Shown here one piece after another: positions 54,306 to 64,000 of a stretch of 64,000 nucleotides of DNA. Position 1 is the first letter of the stretch; the number at the start of each line of letters is the position of its first letter. The notes beneath the pieces were generated by a model. The model worked only from the letters and a program-made list of their open reading frames with translations. It had not been told where the DNA came from and searched no databases. Source of the stretch: Lingula anatina (lineage: Eukaryota > Animalia > Brachiopoda); NCBI GenBank assembly GCA_051362555.1, contig CM120643.1, positions 27,842,848 to 27,906,847 on the forward strand, read 5' to 3'. The translations under genes were made by a program, and so were the position numbers.

Positions 54306-57300
54306 CTAAAAGGGCCCGGTTGACGAAGGACCTGAGGCTGATGGACCAGAACCGGTGCTTTCCTTCTTAGACATTGGTCCAAAAATTTGCTGGAGTGCAG
54401 TCAGGCCTTTTCCACTTAAATTCCCCTTTCCTTGGGTCCCAACAGAAGCTTGTCCCACGCTCGAAGATACCTGCATGACTCCAGAAGTTCCCGGCATAAC
54501 GCCCGAAGCTCCCTGCGATCCAGCGTTGGTGCCGGGGTAGTTCCAGAACGCTGGGCTGTCCCCATCAGCCAAGACGGCCTGATTTCTGGTTCCGGCCGCC
54601 ATGACGTTCCAGGAGTTCGCCCCCAAGCGAGATCGTTGCCCTCCTGGCCGCATGAAGGTCCCCATGTTAGAGTGTTGGTAGGCCCAGTTAGGGGTGTTTG
54701 CGGCCCCATAGGTCTGGTAGTTCCAAAATCTGTACGGACTGTACTGATCGGGGTTCCATATGATGTTAGTCCCGGGCCATGTGGGGTTGCCAGACTAGAA
54801 ACAGAACAAAATGAATCTTTATCTTGATTTGGTCAGAAATCTTCATTAATATTACATGTACTAAAGCCAACATGACCGAAAACAGAACAAGATCATTCTT
54901 CATTTTGGATTCCTCATAACTCACCCTTTTTATAACATGAACGACGACAAGAATACTTTTTTTGAAATTTAAATTAACGATTTCAATCCCTGAAAAACTA
55001 AATTACATGTTTAATAAAAGACACTCACAGGTTGATTATTCGGCAGATACGGAGTTCGAAACTGCGCATCCAGATACACTGGCTGAGTGACCACGGAAGC
55101 CGTTCTCACGCTAGCTGAAATCGAATCGACACAATAATTGACATATTTAAAGAGAAAACGTGTTTCATAAGTATCAAAACCGTCCAACTGAAATATCGAT
55201 ATATGATATTGACAGTGTTAACAACATTGTAAATTTATTTCAACTGTTCATAAAATGGTCTGAGAAATAGGAGACGGGGATTTCATGACTTCATTCGCTA
55301 ACGTCAGGGTAGAGTGGAGTTAATGTATAATAATAATTACAGCAGTGATCTAGTGAAATAAGGGTACATGTAGCTATAAGATCTGTTAAGTAGAAGGGAT
55401 GTAGAAACAGCTACTTTTCCGTAATTTTCTAAAGGGATGGATAAGAGAAACAAAATTAAACATTTAAAAAGTTAATTAATATATTGTTAGGAAAATGGAT
55501 AGTCAACTTTACTGTATACGCATTCAGTAAAAGTCAAAATGAAATCGAAACCTATACCACCGAATTGCTTATGGTTTGTCCTGAGACTGCACCTAATAAC
55601 AGTACTATACTTGTTAAATAATTATATACAATAATACATGTATACAATATGCAAAGAAAGAATAGACCGTTTCAGCTGAAAAAAAAAACCTTCACAACTT
55701 CCTGAATCCCCGAGAGGACTTTTGAAAGTGATAAACCTATCTGAAACGAAAGTGGAATTATTACCTATGACCGATTGCGTGAGCGTTGTGACATATCCAC
55801 AATCCATGGTCACTTTGAAGGTTCTGTTGATGATCTGTCCGGCGCATGCGCCCTGGACGTTTGTCGTTTCCTCTACCTTCTGCACCTGCGCACCGCTACC
55901 GGAAACCCTCAGCTGGGGCATGGGGAGATTCCTGACCTCTGCCAGGCTAGAGCAGCTGATGGCCAGAGACGCTGGCTCCAGTGCCAGAGAGGGCTGGGCG
56001 ACCGTTGAAACTGTCAGAAGTTGGGACCCAGTTGCCTTGTTTCCACACACGTCCGTAGCGACCCACGTGCGTTGAATTCTCTTCATGCCGGTGACAGCGT
56101 CTTCACTTAGCATCGTGTCGTCGTATGTTAAGTCGTATTCACTGGCCTCCAAGCAAGGGGAGATACTTTCCACCTTTGCCGTGCTTCCCACTTCGGCTGC
56201 AGCTATGGAATCACCTTGGCAGACGACGAGGTTCGTGTTCTGGGGCAGTGTTAGCGAGAGACCGGAGCTGATGGTGACATCTATCGTCTGGGATGCTGTA
56301 GTCGTCGTCTGGCAGTCGTCCGTGGCGGTCCATGTTCTGCGAATAGTTTTCTTGCAGCGGTCGTCACTCATAACGGTGTCTGCATAAGTCACTTGGACGG
56401 CGGGGTCGCATCTGGAAGTGGCTGTGGCAATTCCACCCGTCTTACCGACGCTGATGACGTCAGCGGCAGACGAACATTCGGTCTGGACGTTGGCTGGGAC
56501 GTACGTGAACGTGGGAGGTCCGGCGCTGGTGATCTGGATGGTCTGCGCGTGCGTCGTGGACTTCCCGCACTGGTCAGTGGCAGTCCACCTCCTGGTCAGA
56601 GAAGACGGCAGTGGACACGTCTTACCGCCTTCCTCCACAAGCTTAACAGTAGGAGTCATTCCACACGCTCCGGAAGCCGTCACGACTGGAACGCTAGGGA
56701 TGGAATCACAAATCACCGTGATGTCTGATGGGGTGGTTGACAGCACAGGGAGCTGAGCGTAATCAACTTCTAGTGTTTGGGTTTTGGTGGCGGTATTGCC
56801 GCACTCGTCTGAGGCCGTCCAGACGCGAGTGAGGTTGTAGATATAGGCGCAGCTGCCAGGGGTTTTGGTCTCCGTATATGTGACCTGTAAGGAGGTACCA
56901 TCTTGTTTTGCTGCAGTTACGGTAGGGGGCGCTGGCAGGGTTCCACAGTCACCGGCCAAGGTCACCTTCACGGTCTCCTCGGCCACGCTGGACATAGAAA
57001 CTGACCTGGATTCAACAACAAACAGGTATTGCGTGTCCGTGTCCTCGTTGCCGCAGATGTCACGTGCCGTCCACTTCCTCAGCAGCGTACGAGTTCCATC
57101 TCCGCTGAAAACCACGGTATCGGAATGCGTCACACTGACGTCAGAAACTTGAAGGCAGAGCGAGTTTACATTGATTTCCCCCGTGAACTCTCCGCTGACA
57201 GAAGCTCCGGGGCAAACAGCCACGTTGGTGTCGTCTGGCGCGGTTATTTTGACAGTTCCAGAGGCTGCTCCTACGGTGATGTTCTGCTCTGCCGTGGCCT

Positions 57301-60222
57301 GCGCCCCGCAGTTGTCTGTGGCCACCCAACGCCTCACCACAGTCAAGCTGCACCCGGCCTTCCCAACATTGGTGTCTGTGTACGTCACAGTGACGTCAGG
57401 GTCACACGGAGATTGGGCTATCGCTTTACCGCCAGTGTTAGCCGTGTTGGCGATATCAGTGTCGCAGTTCACGGTAACGGACGCAGGGATAAAGGTAAAA
57501 GTTGGCGGTCCTTTCGGTGTCACGACGACATTTTGGGATGTTTCGGTGCTGAGACCACAAGCGTCTGTCGCCCCCCATGTTCTGCGGAGAGAGTAGCGCT
57601 GAGGACAGGTGCCGTCGGTCCTTGTAGAGGAAGCTAAAGTAACAGTTGTGCCGACTCCACAGTGTCCGGACGCGCTGGCGGAGACAGCAGTGGGAACAGC
57701 GTCACACGTGACTGTGACGTCACTTTGAACGGTCAAGGTCGGGGATGTCACCGACCTCACTTGTATATTCTGAGTGTTGGATGTCGACAAGCCGCACTCG
57801 TCGGTGGCTGTATATGTTCGAACGATGGTATAACGATTCTGACACTGCTGATTGGTGATGACGTCACTACTGCTGTACGGTAGGGTTTTGCCACAATATC
57901 CGGTCACCGTAAGGGTATCGGGATTTGGGATGTTGTTGCACGCTTGGTTAAGGATGATGGTGCGGTCAGATGCGGTCATGCCGGACATTGTGGGCGGAGT
58001 GGTGTGGCGGACGGACACGGTGGACGAGGCGGTCGTTTGCAGACCACATCCGTCCGTTGCCGTCCACGTCCGGGTGATCGCGAAATTGTTGACGCAGGAA
58101 GCATCTGTGGTGTTCACAAGGGAGTTTAGGACAACTGTAGCCGTTGTACACTGTCCCTGCGCAGTGGGGTTGGTCAGTGTGATATCATCTCCACAGGACA
58201 ACGTGGTGTCAGCTGGGAGATTGCTGAATGTCGGACCCTCCGTGGCCTTGACCCTGATCGTCTGGACGGTCTGTGCGCTGTTCTCGCACGTGTCGTAGGT
58301 CGTGTACACTCTCTGGTACGTGAAGTCACAATACGGACCGGAAGGAAGGACTGCGGGAATTGTGGTCTGTGTGAAATTGGTCAGTGGTCCACATACGTCG
58401 ATGGTTGTGACGGCAGGCCACGCGGGCGTCGGCTGGTCACAGCTGAAGGGACTGGGGTCAGCCAGGGCCATGCCGTCAGCTGTTACCACCGGAGCGTTCT
58501 GACAATACGTACAAATATCTGAAAGAAACCAGATTAAAAATTAATGCACCAGTAACACTACTTGATATATTTAATACATGTACATGTAAATCCAAATATT
58601 TTCACAATGCCTCTGATTTTCAGGAGCGCGCCGGTTTTGAAATTTGCCCCATAATTACAGTGTATTAAAGATACAATAAGGTGTACTATTGAAAATCAAC
58701 ACTGCCCTACATATCCTACGTATATATATTGCTTCCTCATGACATGAATTTCGGTAGATACTTTTATAATAGGCTATAGAATCTTTCTGCATTTTAGTAA
58801 AAGTCAATTCTATTAAATGAAGAATATTTGCGTTATATACATGCATATTGCTGTTGATTAAAGGAACTGTCATTGCACATGTAACTGAAAGATAAATTCA
58901 TAATCGTGGGCATACTCACCAGTTGTACACAGATGACAATGGTCTGAAGTTAACTGTGTCAATAACTTGAGTGCTGTCCCTCCATACTGGTCACAGCACT
59001 CAGAGACCGTGGATGTGTACCCGGGGAAAGAACTGTTGGTGCTGACGTAATTGCCAAGAGTACACGTTGTATCCGTAAAACACAGGACTATAGAATAAAA
59101 ACGGTAAGGTGTTCATCAACATTTAAGCTTATGTTTAAGTTTTTTTAGCAATTATAAGCAGTTAAGCATTCTATCAGCATGTAAGCATTTGTAAGCGTTA
59201 AAGTATTTTCTTTTGAAGATTAAAAGCATTAATAAGCAGTTAAATATAAGCATGATAGCATTTTAAAAGCATTTTACGCATTCTCTAAAAGCATTCTTAC
59301 AAGCAATTCTTAAAAGCATTTGATATGTAGAATAAGCAGGTGATTATTCTTCTAGGATACATGTTAATAGCAAAGCTTTAATGAGCGTTTTTTTTTAAAG
59401 ATTAAAAGCATAATATAAGCAGCTGAGCATCTGAGAGGATCTAATAACATTCAGGCTGTTTTATAATTAAAGTCAAAACTAATTTAAGAGTGCAGGCATC
59501 TCAAAATTACGTAGATACACTTTCGGCTGAAAATAGGCCTTAAAATACTGATTTATAATTTGGTTATGTAGACCAACCTTTCAGTGAAACAAACCCTCGG
59601 ACTCCGTATCCAATAAACTGTTTACTGAGTCCCAAGAGTTTTACTAGACCCAACAGTAACTTGCAACAGATTGAGCAAATTAAGGAGGGGTAAAAGGACA
59701 ACAATTACCAAGGAAAGCTACTGTTATTTAAAATCGGCTGAGGTAAAATATCAGTGTTCAGATACTAATAATATGGGACTAACTAAACATCAATTTGTGT
59801 GGAAATATTTTCGTTTGTCATGAGGGACAATTCGGTGATTTTCATTTCCACGCACTCCCATTTTGTTGATATCAGTTTTCAGCGCTGTGAATTTGGTTCA
59901 CACGTTGGTATAAGCGGGTCTGGTCATGCAAGTTTATAGTTATTATCTGCGTATTTGACGTCACCGGCAAGGGCTTGTTTGTTGCTTTGCTCAGAGCTTA
60001 GTGACGACCTTCTTCATAGTTTTCCGTCAACTGTGATGACTTCTGTTGATCGAAAGACAGCTAAAACCTTACATCTGGTCAATCAGTGGTCAGATAATCG
60101 AATAGAACATATGGCCACCTTTGCCCGGTGTTCTATGGTCAGCACTTACCTTGTCCTGTTACTGAGGAAACGAGACACAGGACAACCAGAAGCGACAAAA
60201 TGGCCGCCTTTCTGTACCTCAT
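54306..60222 (-). CDS. Cluster gene D: secreted protein (~1189 aa) with signal peptide, 6-Cys domain, 10+1 HYR-like repeats and a Trp/Tyr/Asn/Gly-rich tail
   Basis: Exons 60222-60150 (MRYRKAAILSLLVVLCLVSSVTGQ), 59087-58920 (CFTDTTC...ECCDQYGGTALK...CHLC), 58518-55765 (955-aa ORF), 55114-55029 and 54794-54306; phases 1,1,1,0 (3570 nt). Probable 5' UTR donor at ~61388. Confidence 0.83.
55765..58518 (-). CDS. Gene D exon 3: 10+1 HYR-like Cys repeats
   Basis: Motifs ITRTWTATDGCGL, LRRTWGATDACGL, LTRVWTASDECGN, IQRTWVATDVCGN and others. Confidence 0.88.
59150..59430. repeat. Degenerate AAGCA(T/G)T short-unit repeat region in intron 1 of gene D
   Basis: More than a dozen TAAGCA/AAAGCA units at irregular spacing. 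Confidence 0.5.
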
Positions 60223-62103
60223 GACTGTTGGATTGGCTAAAATACAAATAAATACTATTTAGATCTTCGCAACATACATTTTGTCAGGATGCAAGACGCA
60301 CAATTGTCAAAACATTTGGATGGGATTGCAGCCGACACATCGAGGCATTTGGAAAATTTGGCATCTAAAAAGCCCGATATATTAAGTGCTACATCGTGCA
60401 TCGTGTTGGTAACGAGCAACAGTAATCTCAGTTGATAGTGTGGCCACCATGTAAATGTCAATAAAATTTATTGTAAAAATATGTATCCACAGATTTAATG
60501 ATCTTATTGTAGAGTTGGTATTCAACAATAGTGCTGATAAATATCTACAAGTAACAATTGCCTAAGCAGCCGTGTCCACGACTTTTCTCCGCTTCTAATA
60601 TAAAACAATATGTATATGAGACATATTTGAAAATGATATTTATGAAGCAGAAATTAAAATGTTCAATTTATTGCCTTTATAATCAGATTCACATATTCCG
60701 TATGAAAATGTAATAAAGTTTTTTAATGTTTTTTGTCCGGTGCGCAAATTTATCCCACCTGTTCTGAGATCAAGAAATACTTAAAAAACTCAAACAGCTC
60801 TATAATCTTATGAATCACAAACGCTCATTACCTAACATGATTTAAAAATGCGTGTATATAATGATTGCTCGAGGTATGAAAAGCAGTATGTGTATATTCT
60901 AAACTAATCTTTATCTTAGCGAAAAGAGGCGTCTAGAATGGACAAAATAGGCCAAAAACCAACTTGACTTTCAATCACAGTAACTAACGTTTGAGATTGG
61001 TGTATCCAAAGGTTATTAGCTTAAGAATGAGTCTCAGTGTACATTTACGAGTAAATCATATATGTTTATCAAGTTTAATAACAAAATAGAAAAACAAATA
61101 TTACATACAAAGACACATCGTTCTTATTACAAATACATCTTATTTACATTTTTCAATAAGTTCGCAAAAATTAAAAACGTATTCAAAGTTCCAGAGGTGA
61201 AAACAAAAAATAGTTTCTAATAACTGTCATCCAAAAGAATGGAAAAAATACAAGGGGATTAAAAAAGGGCAAGATATTTTGGCTTTTTTCATGTCATACT
61301 TCCGGAATAATGAATTAAAACGCCTCAGATTTAAAAAGATATTCACTGTTAAAAATAAATTTAAAAAAAAATGCTCCGTGTCTCTTACCTTGTTTTCTCG
61401 TTTTACAAATGTTTAAAACCCGAACAGTTGTCCTTAATCCAACAGTCCTCGAAATGTTTTATTTCAAGCGCTCTCGGAGGACACTTCCAGCAGTATGATT
61501 TGTAACGGTAAATGCGCGAGGCAAAATAAATCGCAGCTGTAATTGAAATATTTTGTTTGTGGTCGAAGCGAAACGCTCCTTGGTACGTTCTTTTGAGATC
61601 GGAAAGCCAGATTTTGTCGATTTTGGTGATATGTAAATTTAATGACAGATATAGCGGTCAAGTAACGGTGGAGTAGCATGACGGTTACATAAATCTTGAC
61701 ACCAGAGGCGATTGTGACGCGCGTATACTAACGACGGACACGGTCCTGATGACGGCACGTACAGAAACAGTCAGCCCAGACTGGTTTAAATCTAAATTCC
61801 TCAAAAGACTATCAAAATATTTTACTGGTGGGTTTTCTTAAATATCAAGAACTTAATCTAGCCTGGGTGTTTGAGTGCAGTGTTTTGAATTATTTGGGGT
61901 GTTTGTTTGATTTAAAATGCGATTTAAAATGTGGGAATCTCCACAATGACAAAATATGTTTAATTTTAAGTTTTGTATACAATAATATCACCATTTTCAT
62001 TATTAATATTGTGTGTTGATGTAAATTAAACATACTGTTAATAATACATTTCAACCTGAACGTCAACCAGTATATCAACTTGGTGTATCTACGGGTGTCG
62101 GGG

Positions 62104-62142
<39 letters not shown>

Positions 62143-64000
62143 GGGGGGGAAGGGGGGGAGGCTGGGAGATGGAGATGGGGGATGGTACGTTGTCAGTATT
62201 CTGTCAAGTCCCCTCGCACACCAAATATTATCATGTCTTCTTCTTCTTTTGAAAATTCGCCGTGGGGAAACAGTGAAAGGAACAAATATGCATACCTTCA
62301 TCTATATCTACATGTATATAGGATAACCGGACAAATGAGAGAAATACAAACTCCTTCCACTCAAAATTCGGTAATCCCCATTAACCACACTGGACAAAAT
62401 GTTGGGGTCATTTCCCCCTAGTATGCCTGTTCGGCCAGTGTTGAGTTACAAAACCGTGACTAAGGTGTAATAGTTGCTTGGAATTTTGTGCGGTTTGGTG
62501 GCGTTACACATGTGTTTAACACGACACGCGTGTGCGGGTAAATAAGGTGATAAAAGGGGTGAAAAGTTAAAGCCCGGACAATTTCTTACAAATGGCGTTT
62601 ATTTCGCTCCTCTCCTTCCAATAACAAGAATAATAACAATAATAATCGAGAGAAGACATTTGATTTTGCTTTCATTATCTTAGGTCCTCGTTTTTCGGAT
62701 TTCATGATTATTTATCATTAGTTATTACATTGAACAAATTAAGACCAACATGGAAAAAAAAACCGGAAAAAAAACTCTGCACAAACAGCGGACACGGATT
62801 ATCGTCCCTCAGGAACCACTCCCGCCTAGGCCAGGGTCCACTGAGGAAAACCACGCCACGCTACGAGTACAAGTGGTGCTGGGCAATAAACAGATATGTA
62901 AATGTGAAGTGTGAAAAATTTTCTTTTGTATTTATATTCCACAAAAATTTATGATTCCCAATTTTATACCTTAGAAACATTAGACCACCTGCACTGAATC
63001 TCATGATATCCACATTATATAATTAGAAATCTTAGAAAACATAGAATACAACTGCAGCAACGGTTCAAGCAATGATTCGTGAGTATGCGACATTGGTATT
63101 TTTCTAAAAAAAATCCATTTGGCGAAAATCATAGATAGGATACCTTTACGTTACCTTTAGTGGATAGGCCACTCATCCTTGTAAAAGATTAAAAATACTT
63201 TTTAGCTCAACGATTGGTTACAATGAGCAGGGGCGGAGTTTCGACATCATCCGTTGCATATTTCCGACCAGAGATGACCGTCAAGTGCCCCGTCCACCTT
63301 CACATTAGCCAGGTGGTCATTAAAATTTGACAAATCACCACGCGGCGGAAACATCTTGATGTCGTCTGCTCCCTCTAGGTGGAGGATAGATTGTTGCCAA
63401 GATAAGATGGCCACATATCCGGTCAGTGGGACATCTTTTGATTATGACCAGTCCTTGCCTTGAGATGACAGGCTTTGACCACAAAGTTGCACTATGGTCA
63501 TCCTGGTCCGACCCCTTTGACACTTTACACTGACAACTTTTTAATAATTAATTTTCAACCTTGACTGACCACATCGTAATTCACTTCTGCTATTTGTACT
63601 AGTGTGTCCACTTTCTTGAAAAATGATTTCCGTTATTTTTTTAATATGTCGTATCCAATTCATACAGGACTATTTCCCCTGTCACAGGGATTTTAGAGAA
63701 GTTTGTTATTTTGCAGTTAAACTTTCTACTGCTTAAAACGTATTAGATAATGTACATAGTGCCATTAAAATGTCATTTAGTATAGAGACGCCGGGGGGGG
63801 GGGGGGGGGGGGGAAGGGGGGCTACACAAGATACTTTAAAAGTAACTGCACTGTACATGTACATGTTTTAATATCTATCATTGTTTAATTATCTGTCTTA
63901 TATAAATCTTCAATAATTGCAATAACAAATTTATCCCAAGCCCGAATGAGTGCGATGACCGATGGACAGATACACTAAATGTCAGGCGTGCATATGTAAC

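Noticed and set aside
62080-62421. Poly-G ORFs (poly-Gly / poly-Pro)
   Set aside because: Homopolymer tracts like those at ~1406 and ~63793; no coding evidence.

Overview
This is eukaryotic, animal-like DNA, with AT-rich introns, GT-AG splicing, microsatellites and DNA transposons, so the ORF track shows only exon fragments. I rebuilt the genes by hand from splice sites and intron phase. The left part (2.7-11.1 kb) holds a head-to-head pair. One is a 5-coding-exon gene on the minus strand (~612 aa) with an AT-hook and a divergent RFX-like winged helix. The other is a 6-exon magnesium-dependent phosphatase 1 (MDP1) on the plus strand. The rest (14.5-61.4 kb) is a tandem cluster of four paralogous minus-strand genes (A-D) encoding large secreted proteins. 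All four share one architecture: a signal-peptide exon, a 6-Cys TB/follistatin-N-like exon, a giant exon of ~85-aa Cys-containing HYR-like repeats (RTWTATDxCG motif), and a variable C-terminal module, joined by phase-1 introns. In B and C the C-terminal exon (6.7 and 4.9 kb) encodes an unfamiliar Tyr/Gly/Pro-rich YxYxxPDG beta-hairpin array plus a (Gly-Ile/Phe/Tyr-Pro)n block. In A it is mucin-like, and in D it is Trp/Tyr/Asn-rich. The cluster also shows a likely gene-conversion tract, a paralog-specific intron, a conserved B/C promoter, a decayed Tc1 (DD34E) element and several MITEs. Domain names come from motif recognition only; no searches were run.
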